Source: an uncultured Rickettsiales bacterium (GTDB taxonomy: Bacteria; Pseudomonadota; Alphaproteobacteria; Rickettsiales; RI-342). Taken from it: 64,000 nucleotides of DNA. Of this stretch, positions 18,376-28,330 are shown piece after piece (the first letter of the stretch is position 1; the number at the start of each line of letters is the position of its first letter). The position numbers and the translations under genes were made by a program. Under the pieces are notes generated by a model. It was not told the DNA's origin. It searched no databases and was given only the letters and a program-made list of their open reading frames with translations. The stretch lies in contig CAZIGK010000005.1 in the NCBI GenBank assembly GCA_964538615.1, positions 55,822 through 119,821 of the forward strand. Reading direction: 5' to 3'.

Positions 18376-19593
18376 ATGACGGGAGCCTATGCGCAGTTTT
18401 GTCAGAATATGCAGCAATTGAGCCTCTGGGAGCCAGCGCCAAAGTTGGCTGTGGGGCTTTCTGGCGGGGTGGATAGTCTGTGCCTGACGCTGTGGCTGGC
18501 GCAATGGGTGCGTGAGCGAGGTGGAGCTTTGGTCGCCTTGATGGTGGACCATGGATTGCGTGCCGAAGCCGCAGACGAGTTGCGGGAGTTGCGTGCGTTT
18601 CTGGATGCGCGGATGATTGCGCATGAGACCCTGCACTGGCAGGGAGCAAAGCCTGTGGCAGGTATTCAGGAAGCGGCGCGGCAGGCGCGGTATGGGTTGC
18701 TGGATGCTGCGTGTGGTCGGCTGGGTATTTTGCACCTGTGTGTAGCGCACCATGCGGATGATGTGCGGGAGACGCTGGCGATGCGTCAGCAGCGAGGGAG
18801 TTTTGACTGGGGGTTAGCGGGCATCCCGCAGGTGCGGATGTTGCGCCATTGTCGGCTGTTACGTCCGTTGCTGAATATGCCGAAGGCGGCATTGCAGGAG
18901 TGGATGCAGCAGCAGCATGTACGCTGGTGGGAAGACCGTACGAACCAGAGCGAATGCTATACGCGTAACCGCTTGCGCTTGCAGGGGCAATGCCTGCCGG
19001 AACCGGAACCAGCAGCGCGGCAGGTGCGGATGGTAGAGGCGGAGCAGATAGCAGGGTGGGCTGCGCAAGTGCGGCGGGATGAGGATGCGGCGCATCGTTG
19101 GCCACTGGCCATGGCGGATTGGGTGCAACAGCCCGCCGGATTGCGGTTGTTGGGGCGGGTGATTCAGCAGTTGGTGCCATCGGTGAATCCTCCACGTACA
19201 GCAGCGTTGCGTTTGGTGGCAGAGCAGATGCAGCGCGGTGAAGCCTGGGTGTTGGGTGGGGTGCGCGGGCACCTATGGCGGCGGCAGTGGTTGATGTATC
19301 GGGAAATGGCGGCAGTGTTGCGTGACCCCGCGTTACTCCTGACGGGATATGTATCACGCATGTCGTGTGGAGTGCAAAATGCAGCATGGCAACCGCTGGG
19401 ACGTGATGCAGCAATACAGTGGCGTAAACAGTGGTTGTTGCAGCAGGATGTACGCGCCGGATGGCCGGTGGAGCGGCTGGCGGTGTTGCCAGTGCCATCT
19501 GGCGGTGTAGAGCCGCCGATGGATGTCTGGGTGCCGGACATGGCTCTGACGGAGCCAATGGGCTGGACAGGAGCCATGGTCAGGGATGCATGA
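18376..19593 (+). CDS. tilS: tRNA(Ile)-lysidine synthetase
   Basis: PP-loop LAVGLSGGVDSLCL, ..VAHHADDVRET.., and conserved synteny before ftsH. Confidence 0.85.
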   Translation: MTGAYAQFCQNMQQLSLWEPAPKLAVGLSGGVDSLCLTLWLAQWVRERGGALVALMVDHGLRAEAADELRELRAFLDARMIAHETLHWQGAKPVAGIQEAARQARYGLLDAACGRLGILHLCVAHHADDVRETLAMRQQRGSFDWGLAGIPQVRMLRHCRLLRPLLNMPKAALQEWMQQQHVRWWEDRTNQSECYTRNRLRLQGQCLPEPEPAARQVRMVEAEQIAGWAAQVRRDEDAAHRWPLAMADWVQQPAGLRLLGRVIQQLVPSVNPPRTAALRLVAEQMQRGEAWVLGGVRGHLWRRQWLMYREMAAVLRDPALLLTGYVSRMSCGVQNAAWQPLGRDAAIQWRKQWLLQQDVRAGWPVERLAVLPVPSGGVEPPMDVWVPDMALTEPMGWTGAMVRDA

Positions 19594-19744
19594 TGGCAGA
19601 AAAGACCGTAATTTTATGCAAAATAAGGCAGGTTCTTTTTGCCAGTTGTGATTGGGTCGGCTATGGTCAGTCTCTTCTACATTCATCAGCAGGTAGGTAC
19701 GTTGAACGGGCGTATGTCTATATGCGAAAACACAGGATGATGCC

Positions 19745-21889
19745 ATGAACCGTAATGTGATTATCTGGGTGTTGGTTGCCCTGGCTTTGATGGCGGTGTT
19801 CAAAGGGTTGCAGGATATGTCTGGCCCGCAGAACGGCCAGCGTTTGAGTTTTTCTCAGTTTCTGGATCAGGTGGAAGCAGGTTCGGTGGAGGCGGTCACG
19901 CTGAAGGGGGATGTGATTCGGGGGACACTGAAGGATCAGGCGGCATTTGAGACGACCGCTGCGGACTACCCGGATTTGATTCCCAGCCTGCGGGAAAAAG
20001 GGGTGAATATTACGGTCGAGGCGCCGGAGGGTGGAAGCCTGTTCTGGAGTTTTGTGATTTCCTGGTTGCCGTTTATTGTGATTGCGGCCATTTGGATTTT
20101 CTTTTTACGGCAAATGCAGTCCGGCGGGAAGGGTGGTGCGATGGGCTTTGGTAAATCCCGCGCACGGATGCTGACCGAAAAAACCGGACGGGTGCTGTTT
20201 ACCGATGTAGCCGGGGTGGATGAGGCCAAGGGCGAATTGGAAGAAATGGTGGAGTTTTTGAAAGACCCCGGCAAGTTTCAGAAACTGGGGGGGAAAATAC
20301 CCAAAGGCTGTTTGCTGGTTGGCCCTCCCGGTACGGGGAAGACCTTGTTGGCGCGGGCCATTGCCGGGGAAGCGGGTGTACCGTTTTTCACCATTTCCGG
20401 TTCTGACTTTGTGGAAATGTTTGTTGGTGTGGGTGCCAGCCGCGTGCGGGATATGTTTGAGCAGGGCAAGAAAAATGCCCCCTGCATTATTTTTATTGAT
20501 GAGATTGACGCGGTAGGGCGTCACCGTGGTTTGGGTATGGGCGGCGGTAATGATGAGCGCGAGCAAACCCTGAACCAGTTGCTGGTGGAGATGGATGGAT
20601 TTGAATCCAATGAAGGGGTGATATTGATTGCGGCGACTAACCGTCCGGATGTCTTGGATCCGGCTTTGTTGCGTCCGGGTCGATTTGATCGGCAGATTGT
20701 TGTGAGCAACCCGGATATTCAGGGACGGGAGCAAATTTTGGGTGTGCACCTGAAAAAAGTGCCGCTGGCACCTGATGTGGACGCCAAGGTGATTGCGCGG
20801 GGAACGCCGGGTTTTTCCGGTGCGGATTTGGCTAATCTGGTCAATGAGGCGGCATTATTGGCGGCGCGTAAAAACAAAAAAGTTGTCACCATGCTTGAGC
20901 TGGAAGAGGCGAAAGATAAGGTGATGATGGGCGTGGAGCGTAAGTCCATGCTGATGAGCGAGGAAGAAAAGCGGCTGACGGCGTATCATGAAGGAGGGCA
21001 TGCGCTGGTGGCGTTGCATTGCCCGTCCTCTGACCCGATTCACAAGGCCACCATTATTCCACGCGGGCGGGCGCTGGGTATGGTGATGCGGTTGCCAGAA
21101 TCCGATCATTATTCCATCACGCGTGATAAGCTGAAGGATGATATGGTTGTCGCGCTGGGTGGGCGTGTGGCTGAAGAGTTGATTTTTGGTCATGGTAAAG
21201 TGACGACGGGAGCTTCCTCCGATATTCAGCAGTTGACCCGTATTGCCAAGGCCATGGTGACCAAATGGGGCATGAGCGATAAGGTGGGGCCGATTTATTT
21301 GGGGGATGAGCAACAGGAAATGTATTTAGGTGGCGGAAGCGGTGATGTGCGGGTGTTATCGCAGGAGAATGCCAAGCTGGTGGACGCAGAAGTCAAAGCC
21401 CTGATTCAGGAAGCGGATACACGTGCGCGACAGATTTTGACTGAGCATTTGGATGATTTGCACCGCTTAGCAGAAGCGTTGCTGGAGCATGAGACGCTGA
21501 CCGGTGAAGAAATTCAGGCGGTGTTGCGTGGCGAGGTGATTGTACCATTCCATAAGCAAACTCCGACCAGTCCGAAAGTGCGGCGGAGTTCGATTCCGTT
21601 GGGGGGGCGGACACCGGCTGCTCCTGCCAATGATGGAGGTGCGGCAGACGATGCGAAGGCTCAGGTGCCAGAGCAGGCAAGCGGCGCGCCGAAAGGCACC
21701 AAGGCACCGAAGGCGGCGGCAAAAAGCTCTGGTGGCGGCACCAAGGCGGGAAAGATGACGGCAAAACCGAAGGCGCCTTCCGGTAAGGCAAGTCGTAGCC
21801 AAAAAGCCCCCGAAGCCAGTGATGGTGTGGCGAAGGCAGAGAAGCCTGCGGCCAATCGTAAGCCACGCAAGACGGGTGGCGCCGAATGA
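19745..21889 (+). CDS. ftsH: ATP-dependent zinc metalloprotease FtsH with a ~110-aa K/A/P-rich C-terminal tail
   Basis: Walker [17 protein letters not shown] ..[20 protein letters not shown].., and zinc motif HEGGHA. Confidence 0.95.
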   Translation: MNRNVIIWVLVALALMAVFKGLQDMSGPQNGQRLSFSQFLDQVEAGSVEAVTLKGDVIRGTLKDQAAFETTAADYPDLIPSLREKGVNITVEAPEGGSLFWSFVISWLPFIVIAAIWIFFLRQMQSGGKGGAMGFGKSRARMLTEKTGRVLFTDVAGVDEAKGELEEMVEFLKDPGKFQKLGGKIPKGCLLVGPPGTGKTLLARAIAGEAGVPFFTISGSDFVEMFVGVGASRVRDMFEQGKKNAPCIIFIDEIDAVGRHRGLGMGGGNDEREQTLNQLLVEMDGFESNEGVILIAATNRPDVLDPALLRPGRFDRQIVVSNPDIQGREQILGVHLKKVPLAPDVDAKVIARGTPGFSGADLANLVNEAALLAARKNKKVVTMLELEEAKDKVMMGVERKSMLMSEEEKRLTAYHEGGHALVALHCPSSDPIHKATIIPRGRALGMVMRLPESDHYSITRDKLKDDMVVALGGRVAEELIFGHGKVTTGASSDIQQLTRIAKAMVTKWGMSDKVGPIYLGDEQQEMYLGGGSGDVRVLSQENAKLVDAEVKALIQEADTRARQILTEHLDDLHRLAEALLEHETLTGEEIQAVLRGEVIVPFHKQTPTSPKVRRSSIPLGGRTPAAPANDGGAADDAKAQVPEQASGAPKGTKAPKAAAKSSGGGTKAGKMTAKPKAPSGKASRSQKAPEASDGVAKAEKPAANRKPRKTGGAE

Positions 21890-23250
21890 GCCGACAGATT
21901 TTTGGGACGGATGGGGTGCGTGGGACGGCCAATGTGTTTCCTATCACGCCGGAGATGGTGATGCGACTGGGCATGGCGGCGGGTATGCGTTGTCAGGCGC
22001 GTACACAGGGGCACCGTCCGCTTGCGGTCATGGCGAAGGATACCCGCCTTTCCGGTTATTTGCTGGAAAATGCCCTGACCGCTGGCCTGATTGCCGTTGG
22101 GGTAGATGTGGTGCTGGTCGGGCCGTTGCCGACCCCCGCCGTGGCACTGCTGACCCGTAGCTTGCGTGCGGATTTGGGGATTATGCTTTCTGCTTCGCAT
22201 AACCCGTTTCAGGATAATGGGATTAAGTTTTTTGGGCCGGATGGCTATAAACTAAGCGATGCGGAAGAGGCTGATATTGAAACTCTGCTGCAGGACGGTG
22301 CCGAGATTCATTACGCCGCGCCGGATAAGCTTGGGAAAGCACGACGGATGGAGGATGCAACCGGGCGCTACATTGAGTATGCGAAATCTACCTTTCCCCG
22401 TGGGATGCGGTTGGATGGGCTGAAAGTGGTGGTGGATTGCGCCAATGGTGCGGCCTATCAGGTGGCGCCGAAAGTGTTATGGGAGTTGGGTGCCGAGGTG
22501 ATTGCGCTGGGGGTGAGTCCGGACGGGTTTAATATTAACCGCGATTGTGGCTCTACGCACCCTCGGACGCTGGCAGAGGCGGTGGTTTTGCACGGCGCGG
22601 ATGTGGGCATTGCGCTGGATGGTGATGCGGACCGATTGATTGTGGTGGATGAGCTGGGTCAGGTGGTGGACGGTGACCAGTTGATGGCGATGGTGGTGAC
22701 GCAGTTACAACAGCAAGGCCTGTTGCGTGGCGGTGCGCTGGTGGCGACCGTGATGTCTAATATGGGGCTGGAAGAGTATGTGCAGGGGTTGGGATTACAA
22801 CTGCTGCGTACCAAAGTCGGTGACCGCTATGTCATGGAAGTGATGCGGGAGCAGGGGTGTAATGTGGGGGGAGAGCAATCCGGCCATATTATTCTGAATG
22901 ACTATACGACCACGGGTGATGGATTGGTGGCTGCGTTGCAGGTCTTGGCCTTACTGCGTTTGCAGGGTGGCAAGGCCAGCGAAGGAACACGGTTATTTGC
23001 GCCGTACCCGCAGGTGTTGGAGAATATTCGCTACCCACAGGGGCAGCAACCGTTGGAAGCGGAGTCCGTGCGTCAGGCGATGGCGGAGGCCGAGGCGCTA
23101 TTGCAGGGCAATGGACGATTGCTGGTGCGTAAATCCGGTACGGAGCCGTTGATACGGGTGATGGTGGAAAGCCGTGATGAAGCCGTGTTGCGTCAGGCTT
23201 TAGCGCGGGTGACCGATGCCATTCAGGCCTTGGTGGCGCAGGCTGCGTAA
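21886..23250 (+). CDS. glmM: Phosphoglucosamine mutase
   Basis: Active-site [15 protein letters not shown], and ATGA overlap with the ftsH stop. Confidence 0.9.
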   Translation: MSRQIFGTDGVRGTANVFPITPEMVMRLGMAAGMRCQARTQGHRPLAVMAKDTRLSGYLLENALTAGLIAVGVDVVLVGPLPTPAVALLTRSLRADLGIMLSASHNPFQDNGIKFFGPDGYKLSDAEEADIETLLQDGAEIHYAAPDKLGKARRMEDATGRYIEYAKSTFPRGMRLDGLKVVVDCANGAAYQVAPKVLWELGAEVIALGVSPDGFNINRDCGSTHPRTLAEAVVLHGADVGIALDGDADRLIVVDELGQVVDGDQLMAMVVTQLQQQGLLRGGALVATVMSNMGLEEYVQGLGLQLLRTKVGDRYVMEVMREQGCNVGGEQSGHIILNDYTTTGDGLVAALQVLALLRLQGGKASEGTRLFAPYPQVLENIRYPQGQQPLEAESVRQAMAEAEALLQGNGRLLVRKSGTEPLIRVMVESRDEAVLRQALARVTDAIQALVAQAA

Positions 23251-23266
23251 GCGTGAGGAAACGACC

Positions 23267-23740
23267 ATGACAGAGCATAGGCAGGTCATGCCGCTGAAGA
23301 CCGGAATGAAGACCCACGACGGGGTGCATCATATGTGGTATCGGGTGTATTTTGAGGATACGGATGCCGGAGGCATTATGTATCATGCCAATTACCTGAA
23401 CATGTGTGAGCGGGCACGGACGGAGTGGCTGCGCGCTTCAGGGTTTCAGCAGCATGAACTGATGCGGCGGGAAGGGATTGGCTTTGTTGTGCGCCGGGCT
23501 GAGATTGATTATCAAAAACCGGCTTTTCTGGATGATGCCCTGAATGTGCAAACCCGGATTGAAGCGATAGGCAAAACCAGCATGACGCTTGAGCAGGATA
23601 TATACCGACTGCCACCGGATGCACCTATGGAACTGTTGGAAATGATCGCACGGGTGAAAATTGTGCTGGTGTGTATTAATGCCGCGAAGCGAGCTGTGCG
23701 TATCCCTGTAGAAATCATTGACGCATTGCAAACTTCATAG
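23267..23740 (+). CDS. ybgC: Tol-Pal associated acyl-CoA thioesterase (YbgC/4HBT family)
   Basis: ..YRVYFEDTDAGGIMYHANYL.. hotdog-fold motif, and its position before tolQ. Start trimmed to the ATG at 23267, which has SD GAGGAA. Confidence 0.8.
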   Translation: MTEHRQVMPLKTGMKTHDGVHHMWYRVYFEDTDAGGIMYHANYLNMCERARTEWLRASGFQQHELMRREGIGFVVRRAEIDYQKPAFLDDALNVQTRIEAIGKTSMTLEQDIYRLPPDAPMELLEMIARVKIVLVCINAAKRAVRIPVEIIDALQTS

Positions 23741-23829
23741 CATCATGCGGCGCTTGTTTATCTTCTCCTCACCGAGTGAGAGGGGAGGCAGCCCAACTTT
23801 TTTGTTTTTTGGCAAGGAGCCACGTCTAT

Positions 23830-24612
23830 ATGGTCGCAGAAACAACCGAAGCCGCCGCCGCTGTTGAAGGAGTGGGCGCTACCGAGATTGCCGGCTCTGT
23901 GGAGCAGGTGGATATGAGCTTCCTCGGCCTGTTTATGCAGGCGGATATTATTGTGCAGGGAGTGATGCTGCTGCTGCTGGGGGCATCGCTCTGGTGTTGG
24001 TCTATTGTGTTTGAAAAAGTGATGCTCTACCGCACCGTACGCAGCCGGGCGACGCAGTTTCAGGAGAGTTTTTGGTCATCAGATGATTTGGATGCCTGTT
24101 ACCAGAAAATGCGGAAGCTGAAGATGCACCCGATGCTGGCGGTCTTTATGGCGGGGATGCAGGAATGGTATGGGTCCAAGGTGGGAGAGATGTCACTGGA
24201 TGCTTATGCCAAGCGGTCTGTACTGGAGCGCATTGAAAAAGTGATGATGGTGGCGCGCAACCGTGAGCAGGATAAGCTGGAAGGCGGCATTGGGTTTCTG
24301 GCCACTGCCGGAGCAACAGCGCCGTTTATTGGGTTGTTTGGTACCGTGTGGGGGATTATGAACAGCTTTCAGAATATTGCGGCGCAGAAAAGCACCAATC
24401 TGGCTGTGGTAGCACCCGGTATTGCGGAAGCGTTGCTGGCCACGGCGATTGGTCTGGTGGTGGCGATTCCTGCGGTGATGGCTTATAATAAGTTGCAGCA
24501 GGCCAGTGGCGCGATTGCTGGAGATATGGAAGATTTCAGCACAGAGTTTCTGGCGTTGTTGTCTCGTCAATTGGATGCGAAGCGTGGCGGCTCGTCCATG
24601 CTGGCGGCATAA
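23830..24612 (+). CDS. tolQ: Tol-Pal system protein TolQ (MotA/TolQ/ExbB family)
   Basis: Three-TM pattern and ..TAPFIGLFGTVWGIMNSF... Start at ATG 23830, preceded by AAGGAG. Confidence 0.85.
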   Translation: MVAETTEAAAAVEGVGATEIAGSVEQVDMSFLGLFMQADIIVQGVMLLLLGASLWCWSIVFEKVMLYRTVRSRATQFQESFWSSDDLDACYQKMRKLKMHPMLAVFMAGMQEWYGSKVGEMSLDAYAKRSVLERIEKVMMVARNREQDKLEGGIGFLATAGATAPFIGLFGTVWGIMNSFQNIAAQKSTNLAVVAPGIAEALLATAIGLVVAIPAVMAYNKLQQASGAIAGDMEDFSTEFLALLSRQLDAKRGGSSMLAA

Positions 24613-24659
24613 GGTTCCGACGATCGATTGATTGATATTCACGTGATGGAGTAGCGGTT

Positions 24660-25094
24660 ATGGGTGCATCGGTTCCTTCTTCCGGTGGTGGAGGACGCGG
24701 GCGGGGTCGCCGCGGAGCGATGTCAGAGATTAACGTCACGCCGTTTGTGGACGTGATGCTGGTGTTGCTGATTATTTTTATGGTGACGGCGCCGATGATG
24801 ACGGCGGGGGTATCCGTTGATTTGCCAGACAGCAAGGCACCTGCGTTACCCGGTACCGATGAACCTTTGACCATTAGCGTAAAAAAAGACGGCAGCCTGT
24901 ATTTGCAGGAAACCGAAATTGAATTAGGTGAGCTGGTGGAAAAACTGCGTGCGATTGCCGGAGAAAAAACCGATACGCGCATTTTTGTGCGTGGGGATCA
25001 GGGGATTCATTACGGCCTGATTATGCAGGTGGTGGGCGAGATGAGTGCCGCAGGCTTTAACAAAGTGGCTCTGTTGACCGAGCCGAAACAATAG
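24660..25094 (+). CDS. tolR: Tol-Pal system protein TolR (ExbD/TolR family)
   Basis: ..SEINVTPFVDVMLVLLIIFMVTAP... Confidence 0.85.
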   Translation: MGASVPSSGGGGRGRGRRGAMSEINVTPFVDVMLVLLIIFMVTAPMMTAGVSVDLPDSKAPALPGTDEPLTISVKKDGSLYLQETEIELGELVEKLRAIAGEKTDTRIFVRGDQGIHYGLIMQVVGEMSAAGFNKVALLTEPKQ

Positions 25095-25101
25095 GTTTTC
25101 T

Positions 25102-25986
25102 ATGTTCGAGAGCCTTCAGGCAGAAACACGTGTCGGCCTTAAATGGTCCTTCATGATGCACGGCGCGATTTTTCTGGTGTTCTTGCTGGACTTGGCCGGG
25201 TTGATTAACCTGACGCCAGAACCGGAGCCAATGCCGGATGTGGTGACAGTGGAGATTCTGCCGATTACCGATGTCACCAATGTGAAGATGGCACCGAAAC
25301 AGCCGGAGCCACCTAAAATGCAGCCTAAGGCTCAGCCGGCGCCACCGACGCCGCCGAAACCCGTTGCGGAGCCGAAGCCGAAAGATGCGCCCAAGCCAAC
25401 GCCTGTGGAGGCATTAACGGCGAAAGCAGAGGATATACCCCTGCCGAAGCCGGAGGAGAAGCCGGTGCCAAAACCGGAGAAGCCGAAGCCACAGCCGAAA
25501 GAAAAGCCCAAAGTTCAGGAAAAGCCCAAAGAGAAGCCGAAACCTGCAAAGCCACAGGCATCGCTTGAGGAGGTGTTGAAGAACTTGCAGGCGAAAGCGG
25601 CACAGCCGACGGTGATGACCGAGGAGCAGCATCAGCAGGCGTATTCTCGCACGCCGACCAATTATGATGCATCCAAGCCGCTTTCGATGAGTGAGATGGA
25701 TGCGATTCGGCAACAGTTGAAACGTTGCTGGCGGATGCCTGCCGGGATGCGGGATGCTCACACGCTGATTGTGAAGTTGCAATTGCAACTGGGCATTGAT
25801 GGCGCAGTGCAGGATGTGCAGATTGACCAGATGATGCGCTACCGGACGGATCCGGCGTTTCGGGCGGCGGCGGATAGTGCGGTGCGAGCGGTGCGTAAAT
25901 GCAGCCCGTTGCAAGGGTTGCCGCAGGATAATTATGGGGCGTGGCGGGACATGGAAATGACCTTTGATCCACGGGATTTGCTGTAG
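25102..25986 (+). CDS. tolA: TolA-like protein: N-terminal TM, P/K/E-rich spacer, C-terminal TolA/TonB-type domain.
   Basis: Its position after tolQR, an extended PKP/EKP-rich region, and a C-terminal ..LKRCWRMP.. segment. Confidence 0.7.
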   Translation: MFESLQAETRVGLKWSFMMHGAIFLVFLLDLAGLINLTPEPEPMPDVVTVEILPITDVTNVKMAPKQPEPPKMQPKAQPAPPTPPKPVAEPKPKDAPKPTPVEALTAKAEDIPLPKPEEKPVPKPEKPKPQPKEKPKVQEKPKEKPKPAKPQASLEEVLKNLQAKAAQPTVMTEEQHQQAYSRTPTNYDASKPLSMSEMDAIRQQLKRCWRMPAGMRDAHTLIVKLQLQLGIDGAVQDVQIDQMMRYRTDPAFRAAADSAVRAVRKCSPLQGLPQDNYGAWRDMEMTFDPRDLL

Positions 25987-26156
25987 GGCCTGTGTTTTTC
26001 GGGAGAGTATGGCGATAGAGCCTGTAACAAAACGCCATTTTTGGCAGGCCATGTAGCATCGGCTGATGGCTGTATTGGCGAATGCATGGCGGATATTGCG
26101 GGCAACGAGCCGAGGGCTGTTTGTCCGGCACGTCTGTAGGTGAGGGCGCTGGAAAC

Positions 26157-27656
26157 TTATTCGTACATTTCGATGGGGACGTAATCTTCCCGCTGGAGGT
26201 CGCTGAAGCGGGTGGTATCGCCGTGGAAGGCCAGTTTTTCAATACCAATCGGGCCGTGACGCTGTTTGGCGACAATGACTTCCGCTGTGCCGTGGACGCG
26301 CTCCATTTCTTGCTGCCATTCGGTGAATTTGGGGGAATCTTCCCGCGGCATGGTACGGGCGAGGTAATATTCTTCACGGAAGACGAACATGACCACGTCG
26401 GCATCCTGCTCGATGGAGCCGGATTCCCTTAAGTCTGCCAGTTGCGGGCGTTTGTCTTCTCGCTGTTCTACGGCGCGGGAAAGCTGGGACAGGGCAATGA
26501 CCGGGATATCCAGTTCTTTGGCGATGGCTTTGAGGCCTTGGGTGATTTCCGAAATTTCCTGCACACGGTTGGCCTGAGCTGCCGCCGAGGTGCCGCGCAT
26601 GAGCTGGAGATAATCCACCACCAGAAAGGACAGGTTGTGCATGCGCTTCAGGCGGCGGGCGCGGGTTCGCAGCGCCGAGACGGAGATGGCGGGAGTGTCA
26701 TCAATAAACAATTTCCATTCGCTCATTTTCTGGGTGCCGCGTACCAGTTCTGCAAACTCTTCGTTATTCAGGTCACCCCGGCGCATTTTATTGGAATTGA
26801 CGCCGGTGACGCTGGCGAGCAGACGTGTAGCAAGCTGTTCTGCGGACATTTCCAGAGAAAAGATGGCGACAGAACCGGGTTTATTGGCGATTTCATGGCC
26901 GGCTTTAAATTTTTCCAGCAGGGCTTCCGCCGCTTTGAAGGCCATGGTGGTGGCCAGTGCGGTTTTCCCCATAGAAGGGCGACCCGCGAGGATGATGAGA
27001 TCTGAGTTTTGGAAGCCGCCCATTAGTCGATCCAGATCGGTAAAACCGGTGGTGACCCCGATGACTTTGCCACGGTTCTGAAAGGCCATTTCCGCACGGC
27101 GCAGGGATTCTTGCAGGGCGTCTGCAATGCTAATGGTATTCCGTTCCACGCTGCCGCTGGTCGCGAGTGAGAAGAGCGATTGTTCAGCCGCTTCAATTTG
27201 GGCAGTGGCGGGTTCGTCTGGCCCGGCATCGGTGGCGGTGAGAATCATTTTATCACCAAGGGCGACCAGTTCCCGGCGGAGTGCCAGATCATGCACGGCT
27301 TTAGCGTAATCCAGCACGTGGGCGGAGAGGCCCGCCATGGCTGCGAGGCGTGCCAGATATTGTGCGCCACCGAGTTCTTTTAAAGCTTCGTCTTTATCGA
27401 AATAATGTTTCAGGGTGACGGGGTTGGCAATGAGTCCTTTATCCATGGAGCGGATAATAGCTTCGTAGATGCGGCCATGTACGGGTTCGAAGAAGTGACG
27501 GGATTCCAGAAAGTCGGAGATGTCATTCAGCTTATCGTTACGCACCAGCAGAGCGCCCAGCACAATTTGTTCTGCCTCCAGATTATAGGGCAGTTCCCGG
27601 TAGGGGGTTTGGGCTTCGCTGGTTGCGAGGCTGCTGGCAAGCGTTTCGGATGACAT
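26157..27656 (-). CDS. dnaB: Replicative DNA helicase DnaB
   Basis: N-terminal ..LPYNLEAEQIVLGALL.., Walker A AGRPSMGKTALA, and ..VDYLQLM... Confidence 0.95.
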   Translation of the reverse strand: MSSETLASSLATSEAQTPYRELPYNLEAEQIVLGALLVRNDKLNDISDFLESRHFFEPVHGRIYEAIIRSMDKGLIANPVTLKHYFDKDEALKELGGAQYLARLAAMAGLSAHVLDYAKAVHDLALRRELVALGDKMILTATDAGPDEPATAQIEAAEQSLFSLATSGSVERNTISIADALQESLRRAEMAFQNRGKVIGVTTGFTDLDRLMGGFQNSDLIILAGRPSMGKTALATTMAFKAAEALLEKFKAGHEIANKPGSVAIFSLEMSAEQLATRLLASVTGVNSNKMRRGDLNNEEFAELVRGTQKMSEWKLFIDDTPAISVSALRTRARRLKRMHNLSFLVVDYLQLMRGTSAAAQANRVQEISEITQGLKAIAKELDIPVIALSQLSRAVEQREDKRPQLADLRESGSIEQDADVVMFVFREEYYLARTMPREDSPKFTEWQQEMERVHGTAEVIVAKQRHGPIGIEKLAFHGDTTRFSDLQREDYVPIEMYE

Positions 27657-27700
27657 GGGTGTCGTGTTATTTCATCAGGAAGAGAGAGGACGGTAGTATA

Positions 27701-27758
27701 AACAAAAATAGCCGTATCACAATGCCAGTATGCAGGCAGGAGATACGGCCATTTTTAT
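27701..27758 (-). terminator. Hairpin terminator after rplI (possibly bidirectional)
   Basis: Stem GCCGTATC (27711-27718) pairs with GATACGGC (27742-27749). It is flanked by an A-run and a T-run, and sits between the rplI stop and the dnaB start. Confidence 0.5.
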
Positions 27759-27777
27759 TGGGGGCGAATCGCAGCTA

Positions 27778-28314
27778 TTATGCGGCTTCGCTTTCTTCCG
27801 TCGTGGTCGTGGCTTCAGCTTCTACGGGAGCAGCGACTTCTTCTACGGCAACGGCTTCAGCGGCTTCTGCTTCTGAGCGGGCAACAACAACTTGCAGCGG
27901 GTACACCACATCCGGGTGCAGAACCACGTTCACCGTGTAGGTGCCGATGTTCTTGATCGGGAAGTCAAGAGCCACATGGTGGTGGGTGATTTCCGCATGG
28001 GTTTTAGCAACTTCAGCGGCAATATCACGTGCGCTGACGGAGCCGTACATCTGACCATCTGGGCTGGCCTGGCGAATCAGAGAAACGCTGGTGCCTTGTA
28101 ATTTGTTCAGCAGTTGAGCGGCCTCTGTTTTCAATTGCTCGTTACGGGCTTCAATGTCTGCTTTGCGGGCTTCAAACAGAGCTTTGTTTCTGTCATTGGC
28201 CAGCAGAGCTTTGCCCTGTGGAATGAGGAAATTGCGGCCAAAGCCGTTTTTAACCGTCACGATATCGCCGATGGTGCCGAGTTTGGCAACGCGTTCCAGC
28301 AGAATTACTTGCAT
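27778..28314 (-). CDS. rplI: 50S ribosomal protein L9
   Basis: MQVILLERVAKLGTIGDIVTVKNGFGRNFLIPQGKA. Start trimmed to the ATG (complement of 28312-28314). Confidence 0.9.
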   Translation of the reverse strand: MQVILLERVAKLGTIGDIVTVKNGFGRNFLIPQGKALLANDRNKALFEARKADIEARNEQLKTEAAQLLNKLQGTSVSLIRQASPDGQMYGSVSARDIAAEVAKTHAEITHHHVALDFPIKNIGTYTVNVVLHPDVVYPLQVVVARSEAEAAEAVAVEEVAAPVEAEATTTTEESEAA

Positions 28315-28330
28315 GTGTTTAGCCTCATGT

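Noticed and set aside
18068-19558. 496-aa ORF on the minus strand
   Set aside because: It is antisense to tilS and cpoB, which have clear family motifs (PP-loop SGGVDS; TPR). Its translation is Pro/Ala/His-rich low-complexity sequence, typical of antisense frames in GC-rich coding DNA.
21585-21597. tRNA T-arm-like string GGAGTTCGATTCC
   Set aside because: It lies inside the ftsH coding frame, with no acceptor, anticodon or D arm around it. It is not a tRNA.
25300-25570. Repetitive CCGAAGCC/AAGCCGAA nucleotide tracts
   Set aside because: These are a coding consequence of the Pro/Lys/Glu-rich TolA spacer domain, not an independent repeat element or CRISPR array.
25325-26404. 359-aa ORF on the minus strand
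   Set aside because: It is antisense to tolA and runs into the dnaB 3' region in the wrong frame. The composition is low-complexity Pro/Ser/Ala, with no motif.
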